Shown here: piece by piece, positions 10,041-19,073 of the stretch
How the letters are laid out: each line of letters starts with the position of its first letter
Numbering within the stretch: the stretch's first letter is position 1
NCBI GenBank assembly: GCA_965208125.1
Contig: OZ242320.1
Coordinates: 4,192,001-4,256,000 of the forward strand
Direction of reading: 5' to 3'
DNA: 64,000 nucleotides
Origin: Candidatus Latescibacterota bacterium
Lineage (GTDB): Bacteria; Latescibacterota; UBA2968
Translations under genes and position numbers: made by a program
The notes under the pieces: model-generated
What the model was told of the DNA's origin: nothing
Databases searched by the model: none
Seen by the model: the letters and a program-made list of their open reading frames with translations, nothing else

Positions 10041-10069
10041 TTGACAAGAATATGATTAACACATATATT
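10041..10069 (+). promoter_or_regulatory. Sigma70-type promoter pointing toward the CBASS operon
   Basis: TTGACA (10041-10046), 17-nt spacer, TATATT (10064-10069); GGCAGC..GCTGCC palindrome at 9994-10018 just upstream. Confidence 0.6.
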
Positions 10070-10227
10070 CGAAGGCTTCTTAACTCTAAAGCATTTTTCT
10101 CCCCGCTATGCAGTACCTTCTCCCCTACTGAAACTTCTCGTTTTTTTATTTGCAAAGACATATGTGCTTGAAGTTTAGGCTTATGACCCCTCGGATAGTC
10201 TGATGGAACATTTTTCATATTTCTTTA

Positions 10228-10302
10228 CAAAAAACCTCGGCAGCTGCAACTGCCGAGGTTAGAAGTCGCCGGAACATCCGGCAACCCCTTTTATAGTAAG
10301 AT
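10228..10302 (-). ncRNA. Candidate ~75-nt small RNA antisense to the CBASS leader
   Basis: 12-bp hairpin at 10262-10288 pairs fully only on the minus strand (G-U pairs); then a perfect 11-bp stem at 10233-10260 plus U6; own promoter at 10309-10338. Confidence 0.5.
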
Positions 10303-10308
10303 GGTCGG

Positions 10309-10338
10309 AATATACGGTCACATCGGGGATTATGTCAA
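10309..10338 (-). promoter_or_regulatory. Sigma70-type promoter for the candidate sRNA
   Basis: Minus strand TTGACA (10338-10333), 18-nt spacer, TATATT (10314-10309). Confidence 0.55.
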
Positions 10339-10573
10339 CGAAAATCAAATTTGGAAGGAGGGATAACATATCTGATTTGATGTCTGACTGTAAAGCTGCT
10401 GCATAGGCAAGCCGGGTCTGCGGCCACCTGGGAACCGAAGCGTCGCATATTCTGATGATATATACATATTACCTGCCGGTAAGATGCTTAGAGTTGCAGG
10501 AATGATGTGCTGAAGAACCCCATAACGATTTGCTAATTGAAGAACAACCGGCATTACCTTATTGAGGAAAATA

Positions 10574-11581
10574 ATGACAGAGGAAAGACAATATCAACAA
10601 GGACCGAAACGCCGCATTCTTTCTATTGACGGTGGGGGTATTCTCGGCACCTTTCCGGCGGCCTTTCTTGCAGAACTGGAACAGCATCTCGAACATCCAA
10701 TTGGTGCGTATTTCGACCTGATTGCCGGTACATCAACCGGCGGGATTCTCGCCCTCGGACTGGCTATGGGCCTTCCTGCCTCAAAACTTCTTGACCTTTA
10801 CGAAAAACGCGGGCCTGAAGTCTTCGGCCAGAATCATAGTGCGCTACCAGGATTTGTCTATAGAACACTTCGTGGTATCCAGTGGCTCTATCGACGGAAA
10901 TACGATTCTAATGCGCTGTGTGGTGCCCTTCAAGACGTCTTCGGCAACAAGCGCATCGGCGAAGCAACGACCCGCCTTATGGTTCCTGCATGGAATCCGG
11001 TTGAGCGGAGCGTTTATATCTATAAGACAGCCCATCATCCCCGTCTGAAGAATGATTATCGATCCCCGGCCATTGATGCCGCCCTTGCCACATCCGCTGC
11101 GCCAACCTATTTCCAACACCACATCACGCAGCACGATGTTGGGCTCCTTGATGGCGGGATCTGGGCGAACAACCCGATCGGCATTGCCGCGGTTGAAGCC
11201 ATAACCATGCTGGACTGGCCAAGAGATTCCCTTCACATCCTGAGCTTGGGTTGCCTGGCAGAGACCTACACCATTCTAAAATGGGCCGGAATCGGAACCC
11301 TTGGTCGGAATATCCTGCGGTTGTTCATGGATGGTCAGTCGCACGGTGCGATGGGCATTGCCAAACTAATCACCGGCCACGAACACGATCGACGTGCCAT
11401 ATATCGGATCGATCACACCGTCCCCAAGGACACTTACAAGATGGACGACACGCGGGTTATCCAAGAATTGAAAGGTCTCGGTCACACGAAAGCTCGTGAT
11501 CGACAACCCGTTCTTGAACCCGTTTTCTTTGATCAGCCGGCGGATGAATTCACGCCGGTTTACCAACTTAAGAAGGAGTAA
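10574..11581 (+). CDS. capV: CBASS patatin-like phospholipase effector (CapV-like)
   Basis: SIDGGGILG, GTSTG nucleophile elbow, SAAPTYF, DGGIWANNP; stop overlaps the CD-NTase start; GAGGA SD before ATG 10574. Confidence 0.88.
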   Translation: MTEERQYQQGPKRRILSIDGGGILGTFPAAFLAELEQHLEHPIGAYFDLIAGTSTGGILALGLAMGLPASKLLDLYEKRGPEVFGQNHSALPGFVYRTLRGIQWLYRRKYDSNALCGALQDVFGNKRIGEATTRLMVPAWNPVERSVYIYKTAHHPRLKNDYRSPAIDAALATSAAPTYFQHHITQHDVGLLDGGIWANNPIGIAAVEAITMLDWPRDSLHILSLGCLAETYTILKWAGIGTLGRNILRLFMDGQSHGAMGIAKLITGHEHDRRAIYRIDHTVPKDTYKMDDTRVIQELKGLGHTKARDRQPVLEPVFFDQPADEFTPVYQLKKE

Positions 11582-12789
11582 TGATGATGGTTGATACAAA
11601 TAGTTATTCAAGATTTTTAGAGAAAGTTGCGGAAACTATCGACATTCCGCCGAGCAAATATCAAGACGCGGTTGATCGCTATCAGGTTGTTGGCAAATAT
11701 CTTGAGGATGGAGAGTATCCGGGTTGCACCGGTGAACTCAGCATTTATCCGCAGGGGTCCTTTCGCCTTGGCACTGTCGTCAGGCCCATAAGAGACGGTA
11801 TCGAAGCCAGCTACGACATTGATCTTGTGTGTGAATTGCCGATAGAAAAGTACCGGACAAGTCCCCGATCCGTGAAATTGATGGTTGGTGATCGCCTCAA
11901 GGAACACGGCACATACCGCAAGTTGCTGGATGAGGAAGGCAAACGGTGCTGGACACTTGAGTATGCCGAGCAGGATGAGATTGGGTTTCACCTTGACGTC
12001 CTACCGTCGATTCCTGACCCCCGATCTCCTTTCGATACCGCCATCGCTATTACGAACAAAAAAGAAAATGTTTATACGTGGTCGGCCAGCGATCCCAAAG
12101 GCTACGGCCTTTGGTTTGACCGCCAGAACCAAGCAGCATTTGAACTCGCACGAACCGACCAGAAGCGGGCCATTCTGACGCAGAGTTCCCATATCTATGC
12201 GAGCATTGACGATGTTCCGGATGCGCTCGTCCGTACGCCACTCCAGCGTTCTATCCAACTCATGAAGCGCCACCGGGATATAATGTTCGACAATGAACAG
12301 AACAACAAACACGCACCTATCTCGATCATCATCACTACGCTCGCCGCGCAGTTCTACCAAAACGAGCCTGACATCTACTCGGCACTCTACAGTATTGTCA
12401 CTCAGCTACACGCACATGCAGTTCTCGTTGAAAACGGAACTGTAAATCGAAGCCTGGCCCCCCACAGTCCCATTAAGCGCAGTCCTGATGGTGGGTGGTA
12501 TATTGGTAATCCGGTTAATCCCGAAGAGAATTTCGCCGACCGTTGGCATGAGGATAATCATGCGCGTGCAAGGGCCTTTTTCCATTGGGTTGCGGCGTTG
12601 AAAGAAGCCCTCTTCGATATTTTGGAAGAGCCACACCTCAATGTTCTGCGCGAACGGCTTTCTGCGACGCTCGGTGCGGCGGTTGCCTCCAAACATTTTG
12701 ACCTGATCGCATCTGGCGTGGCTGCGGAGAGTAGCGTTCCGAGAATCCATATCTCAAAGTCGACGTCGACGAGGCCGTGGAGAGCATAA
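11581..12789 (+). CDS. CD-NTase (cGAS/DncV-like cyclic oligonucleotide synthase)
   Basis: PQGSFRLGT...YDIDLV, FHLDVLP, LQRSIQLMKRHRD, PISIIITTL, NPVNPEENFADRW; flanked by patatin and E2 genes. Confidence 0.9.
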   Translation: MMMVDTNSYSRFLEKVAETIDIPPSKYQDAVDRYQVVGKYLEDGEYPGCTGELSIYPQGSFRLGTVVRPIRDGIEASYDIDLVCELPIEKYRTSPRSVKLMVGDRLKEHGTYRKLLDEEGKRCWTLEYAEQDEIGFHLDVLPSIPDPRSPFDTAIAITNKKENVYTWSASDPKGYGLWFDRQNQAAFELARTDQKRAILTQSSHIYASIDDVPDALVRTPLQRSIQLMKRHRDIMFDNEQNNKHAPISIIITTLAAQFYQNEPDIYSALYSIVTQLHAHAVLVENGTVNRSLAPHSPIKRSPDGGWYIGNPVNPEENFADRWHEDNHARARAFFHWVAALKEALFDILEEPHLNVLRERLSATLGAAVASKHFDLIASGVAAESSVPRIHISKSTSTRPWRA

Positions 12790-13524
12790 ATGAAAGAAGA
12801 ACTTGTTGCCGAGATTGCCGAATTGCAATGTGTACACCGTGGGCTGACGGCAATCACGAGAGCAGAAAACGCGACAATATTATCAGGTCCATTGCCGTTT
12901 GAGGCATCGGCTAATGGACATAGCACAATCGTAGAGTGCTTCGAAATTGAACTCACCATCCCCGATATTTACCCGGAGAATCTTCCGTACGTCCGTGAAA
13001 CCGGTGGGAAGATCGATAGCGATTATGATCACCTGAACGGGGACGGTACGTTATGCCTTGGGATCCCTATCGAAAAGCACCGCGTCTTCTGGCAACAACC
13101 CTCACTCTTGGGATTTGTAAACCGTCTCCTCATTCCGTACTTCTTCGGATACAGCCACTACAAGAAATATGGTACGCACCCCTTTGGTGAGGCAGAACAC
13201 GGTGCAGTAGGCATCGTTCAGCACTATATGGATACTCTTGAATTGGTCGACGAACGAGCGGCATTGGCTGTCATTGCCTTCCTTATTGAGCATGGTTACC
13301 GGGGACACCATTCCTGTCCGTGCGGCAGCGGCAAAAAAGTTCGCAAATGCCACGGTCAAGCTCTGCGAGACCTCCACAAGCTACACACGGCACGTACCTT
13401 ACAGAACGATTTTGTTGCGTTACTTGATGTTTGTATTGCTATGATCAAGTCGAAAAATCTACAAATTCCTGAGCCGCTTCACCGTCAAATTCGGCGCATT
13501 CTCAACAAAATGATTAGACGGTGA
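12790..13524 (+). CDS. CBASS E2-only ancillary protein with SEC-C Zn-binding motif
   Basis: E2 pattern FEIELTIPDIYPENLP...HLNGDGTLCLG (putative catalytic Cys); C-terminal CPCGSGKKVRKCH SEC-C motif; starts immediately after the CD-NTase stop. Confidence 0.8.
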   Translation: MKEELVAEIAELQCVHRGLTAITRAENATILSGPLPFEASANGHSTIVECFEIELTIPDIYPENLPYVRETGGKIDSDYDHLNGDGTLCLGIPIEKHRVFWQQPSLLGFVNRLLIPYFFGYSHYKKYGTHPFGEAEHGAVGIVQHYMDTLELVDERAALAVIAFLIEHGYRGHHSCPCGSGKKVRKCHGQALRDLHKLHTARTLQNDFVALLDVCIAMIKSKNLQIPEPLHRQIRRILNKMIRR

Positions 13525-13701
13525 ATGGCTTGTTGAAACTAATTTGGAAAATTTCGTCCCTGTCTATAACGCATACCTGCCTTGTCGAGTCCGCAAGAAG
13601 GTGAACAGCTTGAGATACAGCCAGTTGTAAACCATCCATAGTATAGGCTATTACAGTAATGCACTCTTGTCGATATTTAGACCAAATAAGAGGGACCTTG
13701 C

Positions 13702-13893
13702 ATGTCTGATCAATTGGATAAAAACTGGCGTGACAACATTGCACTCGTCACGAAGACCGCGGCAAGCCTTGTGCCCGTTATTGGTGGGCCGCTGGCCGAA
13801 CTGATTACCGAAGCAATTCCTCTATACAGGCCGATGAGTTTGTCTTGTCGGTCCATCCCTTTACCCCTATTTTCAAGGGTGCTCTTTACTTGA
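13702..13893 (+). pseudogene. Probable 5' remnant of a hypothetical gene
   Basis: SD GAGGG; MSDQLDKNWRDN...SLVPVIGGPLAELITEAIP looks protein-like, then degenerates. Confidence 0.4.
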
Positions 13894-13976
13894 ATTTACA
13901 TCATAACTCCGATCTGAATGACGACGGCGACCCTGATCCCAATTTTGCAATAGTAAAGAAAAAAAAGGACAGAACG

Positions 13977-14291
13977 ATGATTGACCAAACAATCCTAGAC
14001 AACATCATCAGTCGTATTGTGGAAGTGGCTGATCCCGAGCGGATTATCCTTTTTGGGTCTGCTGCCCGAGGTGACATGAACCGCCATAGCGATGTCGATC
14101 TGCTCGTTATCGCGGATGTCGATGATCGCCTCGCCGCAATGGCGCAAATTCACCGGAGATTGCGCGGAAGGCATCTGGCAGTTGATGTGATCGTGGTTAC
14201 GCCAGCAGATGTCGCCCGATACGGCAAGAGCCATGCCTTAATCATTAAGCCGGCATTGCAGGAAGGAAAGGTGGTGTATGAAGCAGCCTGA
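13977..14291 (+). CDS. Minimal nucleotidyltransferase (MNT antitoxin)
   Basis: IILFGSAARGD...SDVDLLVI..., VDVIV, EGKVVYE; 104 aa. Confidence 0.88.
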   Translation: MIDQTILDNIISRIVEVADPERIILFGSAARGDMNRHSDVDLLVIADVDDRLAAMAQIHRRLRGRHLAVDVIVVTPADVARYGKSHALIIKPALQEGKVVYEAA

Positions 14292-14361
14292 ACGCTTTCC
14301 ACCGGACGACCCGCGCGAGTGGATCAATCGTGCCCGGAGCTACCTTTTTACAGAACTTTAA
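14278..14361 (+). pseudogene. Truncated HEPN toxin (27-aa N-terminal stub)
   Basis: Overlaps the MNT stop; MKQPERFPPDDPREWINRARS resembles HEPN partner N-termini, then YLFTEL-stop. Confidence 0.7.
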
Positions 14362-14378
14362 GGACGCTATCGTCTGGC

Positions 14379-14430
14379 AAAAAGAAAACGGGTAAAGAAT
14401 ATTATAATTCTCTACCCGTTCTTTTTTCTT
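14379..14430. terminator. Probable bidirectional terminator
   Basis: AACGGGTA.AGAAT / ATTCT.TACCCGTT stem flanked by A-rich and T-rich tracts, between convergent genes. Confidence 0.55.
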
Positions 14431-14591
14431 AAACCGATACCCTCACGTCAATCAGGGCTCAACTCAATATTGAGCCGACAGCCTACGGTCACACTATATT
14501 TCGCCAATCATATCCTTGACCTTACATACACCATACTCGCTTATCTTCCAGGTCAATCCAAGTCGTGAACCGATCTTTATCGGTGTATTAC

Positions 14592-15494
14592 TCAGTTCGG
14601 CGCTTGCGCAAAAGACGTGATAGATGACGTGTACGCATGGCCTCTTGCCAGTCTTCGCTTCTCGAGACTACTACGAAGTTCATCATACTCCCAATTCCCG
14701 CTCTCGGCCTCCTCACGCCACTTCATGTTGTATGTCTCTCGCTTGCAAACGTCCAGGTGTTTCGGGGCCAGCGTGAGCCACGTCTTCCCTGAAGTAACAC
14801 TTCCGAAGCCGTTAAAGCATGGGGAGTGCAGGTAGAGCAAGTTCTTCGCCATGTACGTCAGATAGTCTTCTGAGCTGTACCTGGCTCCATTGTAACTCAG
14901 TTCGTTGTTGCAGAAGATGGTTTTGTGTCGGCAAAGTCGGTCCCTGGTCTCCCATGGGCTCAGGATCAGTCCTTCAGAGTCACATAGAAACGCATTGTAC
15001 GAGGGGTCAACCATCACCCACTTCGAGCGAGAAGTACACCAAACCACCGTAACTACATGATTGTCATAGTCGTATGGATTCAGAGGATTCAGAGACACTA
15101 TTCGGCTCTGCAACCCCAGAGATAGGCAGGCCTCTGTTAGCACGATAGACAGCATGTAGCAGTTGATGCCATAGTCCTCACCTTTGCCGAACGAATAGCT
15201 CAGAAGTCCCGAAGCGTTCATGGGCAGTACTTTGCAGACCTCGGGCAGCGCTTTGCTTATGTCACCTCTGTGGCATATGCCTTCAGACATCCACTGCATT
15301 AAGTTCAGGATTTTAGACCAGTCGTCTCCACCTCCTGCAACCTGATCAAGTCTATATGCTTCGCGCAGACGCTCGAGTTCAGGATGGGAGAGTTCATATT
15401 GGAAGCCAGGTGCCAATTCGTCTGGTAAGGAATCAAACTCGTCAAACAAGCGTAAGAGCCCGCAGTTTAGTCTAAACTGATAATTCATCGTCAC
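14592..15494 (-). CDS. Transglutaminase-like domain protein
   Basis: Cys-His-Asp pattern GINCY...NHVVT...WVMVDPS. Confidence 0.75.
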   Translation of the reverse strand: MTMNYQFRLNCGLLRLFDEFDSLPDELAPGFQYELSHPELERLREAYRLDQVAGGGDDWSKILNLMQWMSEGICHRGDISKALPEVCKVLPMNASGLLSYSFGKGEDYGINCYMLSIVLTEACLSLGLQSRIVSLNPLNPYDYDNHVVTVVWCTSRSKWVMVDPSYNAFLCDSEGLILSPWETRDRLCRHKTIFCNNELSYNGARYSSEDYLTYMAKNLLYLHSPCFNGFGSVTSGKTWLTLAPKHLDVCKRETYNMKWREEAESGNWEYDELRSSLEKRRLARGHAYTSSITSFAQAPN

Positions 15495-15730
15495 TACCTC
15501 AAGATATGTTGATTCTCTTTTCCCATTTCATCTACCTACGTTATTCACGCACCAGTTCAGTTATACCATAAATATACAGGTACTAAACGAAAGTGTGCAA
15601 TCGTATTTTCGGAGAAGGAATTTGTAAACGGGGCTTAAAGACCTAAGATAGAATCAATCTTTTGGATCCTCGCATTGAGACATTTTGAAGGGATTAAATT
15701 TTGCAATAATCTTTATACGCCAAAATGCCA

Positions 15731-15759
15731 TTGCAAACCCCTGTTTTTTCGACTAAATT
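15731..15759 (+). promoter_or_regulatory. Possible sigma70 promoter upstream of the AAA stub and the plus-strand gene array
   Basis: TTGCAA, 17-nt spacer, TAAATT in an AT-rich intergenic region. Confidence 0.4.
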
Positions 15760-15798
15760 GCAGATAATTGTAAATATTGAAAGACAAAGGTGCATAAT

Positions 15799-15900
15799 AT
15801 GACCAAACGCAGACTGCCCATCGGCATTCAGACCTTCCGCGAGATGCGAAAGGAAAACTGCTACTATGTCGATAAAACGGCCCACATGCGGCGGCTTTAA
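15799..15900 (+). pseudogene. 5' stub of an AAA-ATPase-like/PD-(D/E)xK family gene
   Basis: MTKRRLPIGIQTFREMRKENCYYVDKT is the characteristic N-terminus of this family; stop after 33 aa. Confidence 0.8.
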
Positions 15901-16039
15901 TTGCGCACTCGCAGGCGCAACAGATCCCTATGGTTCTTCTGAAATCGCCGAATTGGATGAAAATCTGTGCCGCGTCAGAGATGAGGTCCACAAACATATT
16001 CGTTAGATACGAGAGATCAGTATGTCATCCTGTTCAGGG

Positions 16040-16850
16040 ACACTACACTGGAGGAGTACAGGTTATGGGACAAGCATTGACGGAGCTTGAAATCGAATCG
16101 ATCGTCCGGGAGGTCACAGACGAAGAAGTGGCTTTTTACCACGAATACGGGTGGGTCATGATGAAGCAACTCGTGGACTCGGAGTTCGCAACGGAGCTTC
16201 TGTGTGTTGGTCAAGAGTGGTTGAAACGCAATGGCGAAGAGAAGGGCGGCAGACGGGCTGTCGGCCTGGCGCGGCGGGAAGAGACCGAGCCGTTCCGTTC
16301 GTTCATGTTCAGCGAGCGCATGTCAAAGAACGCAACACGACTCGTGAACAGGAAGCGGCTCAAGGGCGTAGATATCCCACTTCGCTATCGCATCGACATC
16401 CTCCAACACAAGCCCCCAGGGGCAGCCGGAGCCACTTATCATCAGGACTCGTCAGAGCACGGCTCTGATCGCGTGGGGGAACTCCAGTTCTGGCTTGCAC
16501 TGGTGGAAGTGCCACCGGAGATGAGTGCCATGCGATTCGTCAGCCGCTCACATCGCGAAGGACCGCTTGGCTCGGTATTCAAAGATGACCGGGGCAACCT
16601 GCTCGAGCAGTACCCAAATCTGACGTCTGTGCTGGAGCTCTCTCCTCCGTTCCATTACCAGCCGGGTGACTGCACTGTGCATCACGGATACACAGTCCAT
16701 GGCGGTCCACCCAACAGCACCGACAAGTCGCGCTGGTCATACCTCTTCTCATACTCCCCTTCTGACACGCGATACTGGAATGGTACCGCAGCCAACTGGG
16801 GCAGCGAGCGGAAGCGTTTGAGTGATTCGGACAATCCCACGGTCCATTTT
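16040..16850 (+). repeat. Direct repeat unit 1 (paralogous to ~19049-19860)
   Basis: Shared upstream ACACnACACnGGAGGAG..CAGGTTATGGGACAAGCATTGAC and long identical blocks such as CAACAGCACCGACAAGTCGCGCTGGTCATACCTCTTCTCATACTC. Confidence 0.9.
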
Positions 16851-16859
16851 TCCGAATAA
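16065..16859 (+). CDS. Phytanoyl-CoA dioxygenase (PhyH) family Fe(II)/2OG dioxygenase, copy 1
   Basis: FYHEYGW, HQD...TVHGG..N...RW; GGAGGAG SD. Confidence 0.88.
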   Translation: MGQALTELEIESIVREVTDEEVAFYHEYGWVMMKQLVDSEFATELLCVGQEWLKRNGEEKGGRRAVGLARREETEPFRSFMFSERMSKNATRLVNRKRLKGVDIPLRYRIDILQHKPPGAAGATYHQDSSEHGSDRVGELQFWLALVEVPPEMSAMRFVSRSHREGPLGSVFKDDRGNLLEQYPNLTSVLELSPPFHYQPGDCTVHHGYTVHGGPPNSTDKSRWSYLFSYSPSDTRYWNGTAANWGSERKRLSDSDNPTVHFSE

Positions 16860-16876
16860 GGTTTCAGGGGGTTGAA

Positions 16877-17611
16877 ATGATTTCTGTACAACAATGGGAT
16901 TTTTTTCAAGAACACGGTTATCTGATCGTTGAAAATGTAATCTCTGTTCAACGATTGGCAGCGTTGCGAGAGGCCCTGGAAAAGAGGTATGATCTGGAGG
17001 GCGAAAAGGCAGGGACAGAAGGATCGACACCTCCGGGCGTTCGCAGGTTGTGCAATCTCATTGGTAAAGGCCGCGTCTTTGAAGAGCTGGCAATCGAGCC
17101 GATTGCATTAGAAATGGCCAGGCTGGTGATTGGAGAGGATATGCGCTGGCAGGCCATGAATTTTCACGATCCCATGCCCGGTGATCCGCGTCCTATTCAG
17201 GAAATCCATGCCGATCGATCGTTCTTTAAGAATTGTACTGCATACCTCAATGTGGTGTGGGCTCTTGATGATATGACAGAAGAAAACGGTGCGACTCGCC
17301 TTGTGCCGGGATCGCATAAAAAACCCTGGCCCCGAGATGTTCTGGACGATCTCAAAGAGGCAGTTGCTGGAGAAATCTATGCGACCTGTAAGGCTGGAAC
17401 TGGCATTTTTTGCCACGGTGATATCTGGCATGGCGCACGAGCAAACCTTTCAAAATCGTCCAGGCGTGTGATCCATATGGGATACAGTTGTACAAACACT
17501 GCGCCTCAATATGAAATTGCAGGCTCTTTGACGCAGGATATTCGCGAGCGGTTGGGCGAGCATTGTGCGCTCATTCCAGAGCCCCTATCGTCATTTGGTT
17601 TGGAGAAGTAA
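16877..17611 (+). CDS. PhyH family dioxygenase
   Basis: FQEHGYL, HAD, ENGATRLVPGSH, IWHGA..N...RR. Confidence 0.88.
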   Translation: MISVQQWDFFQEHGYLIVENVISVQRLAALREALEKRYDLEGEKAGTEGSTPPGVRRLCNLIGKGRVFEELAIEPIALEMARLVIGEDMRWQAMNFHDPMPGDPRPIQEIHADRSFFKNCTAYLNVVWALDDMTEENGATRLVPGSHKKPWPRDVLDDLKEAVAGEIYATCKAGTGIFCHGDIWHGARANLSKSSRRVIHMGYSCTNTAPQYEIAGSLTQDIRERLGEHCALIPEPLSSFGLEK

Positions 17612-19044
17612 TGGCCAATCAAAAACCATTGAATTTTATATTTTTTCAACCAGACGAAATGCGAGCCGAAAGTTTGGCATGTTATGGTCATCCATTGATC
17701 CAAACCCCCAATTACGATCGCCTGGCGGCAGAAGGGGTTCGCTTTGACCAATGCCATGTGCAAAACGCGCAATGTACGCCTTCCAGAGTTTCGATGATGA
17801 CGGGGCTTTATCCCCATTGTGCTGGGCATCGCTCCATGTGGCATCTGATAAGGCCTCATGAACCCCATCTTTTTAAATATCTGTATGAAGCTGGCTACGA
17901 TATTCACTGGTATGGCAAAAATGATTTACTCGCACGAGATAGTTTGTTCTGCATAAAAGAATATTATGAACACAAAGATGACAAAAGGAAGAATCGCTGG
18001 CAAAGGGGTGACAAGGAATTCTATAGTTTTGATTTTGAGCCTTTGGATTGCGAGAGGGAAGAGGTCGCTGATTATATTAAAGTCAAAGCGGGGATCGATT
18101 TTCTGCACAATCGCAAAGATGATGACAATCCCTTCTTTTTGTTTTTGCCGCTTCTACAACCCCATCCAGGCTATACCACCCACCGCGATTTTTATGACAT
18201 GTATGATCCCAGAGATATACCGGACTTGAGACCCGCAGGGCTGGACAAAAAGCCAGACTTTTACACGCTCATCAGAAAGTACCGCCGCTTAGATGAATTG
18301 TCGGAGAATTTCTTTCGAAAATTGAATGCTGTTTATCTCGGTATGATCAGCTATACGGACTGGCTTCTGGGGGAACTGATGAATGTTATGGAGGAGAAGG
18401 GGCTTTTTGAAAATACGGTTCTGATCGTTTCTTCTGATCACGGTGACTGGGCAGGGGATTTTGGTTTGGTGGAAAAATGGCCAAGTGATTACAGTGATGC
18501 GCTGACGCGGGTGCCTCTATTGGTAAAAGCCCCCGGTAGCAAAGCGGGTCATGTGGTGGAAGGTCCGGTTGAGATGTTCGATCTCATGCCGTCTGTTATG
18601 GAACTGGCGGGTCTTTTACCCACACACACGCATTTCGCCAGGTCCTTTGTACCTCAACTCCGGGGTGAAGCGGAAGATAAGGATCGATTGGTATTCGCAG
18701 AAGGGGGTTATGAGACTTGTGAACCCCATGTGTTTGAAGGGCGATGGGACTGGAGTAATCCCAACGAGGATGGTGTCTATTTTCCCAAGGGCAAACTGCA
18801 ACAAGAAGTGCGCGAAAGTGTTTGCCGTACGACGATGATCAGGAGCTTAAATCACAAGCTCATTCGACGCACAGCCGGTCAGGACGAATTATACGACCTC
18901 AAAAATGATCCCCAGGAGTTAAAGAATTTAATTGATGACCCGGGTATGCAAGAGACAAAGTTAGATCTGGAAAGGTCTATGCTTGATTGGTTTATGAGAA
19001 CTTCTGACACCGTCCCCGTCGGAGGAGATCCAAGGGGATTTTGA
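17611..19044 (+). CDS. Sulfatase (formylglycine-dependent, choline-sulfatase-like)
   Basis: CTPSR motif, SDHGD, ELYDLKNDPQE. Confidence 0.9.
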   Translation: MANQKPLNFIFFQPDEMRAESLACYGHPLIQTPNYDRLAAEGVRFDQCHVQNAQCTPSRVSMMTGLYPHCAGHRSMWHLIRPHEPHLFKYLYEAGYDIHWYGKNDLLARDSLFCIKEYYEHKDDKRKNRWQRGDKEFYSFDFEPLDCEREEVADYIKVKAGIDFLHNRKDDDNPFFLFLPLLQPHPGYTTHRDFYDMYDPRDIPDLRPAGLDKKPDFYTLIRKYRRLDELSENFFRKLNAVYLGMISYTDWLLGELMNVMEEKGLFENTVLIVSSDHGDWAGDFGLVEKWPSDYSDALTRVPLLVKAPGSKAGHVVEGPVEMFDLMPSVMELAGLLPTHTHFARSFVPQLRGEAEDKDRLVFAEGGYETCEPHVFEGRWDWSNPNEDGVYFPKGKLQQEVRESVCRTTMIRSLNHKLIRRTAGQDELYDLKNDPQELKNLIDDPGMQETKLDLERSMLDWFMRTSDTVPVGGDPRGF

Positions 19045-19073
19045 TGGAACACGACACGGGAGGAGCGCAGGTT

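Noticed and set aside
10030-10218. 62-aa minus-strand ORF as a riboswitch-controlled gene
   Set aside because: No recognisable domain or SD, it overlaps the plus-strand promoter, and the upstream RNA matches no riboswitch I recognise
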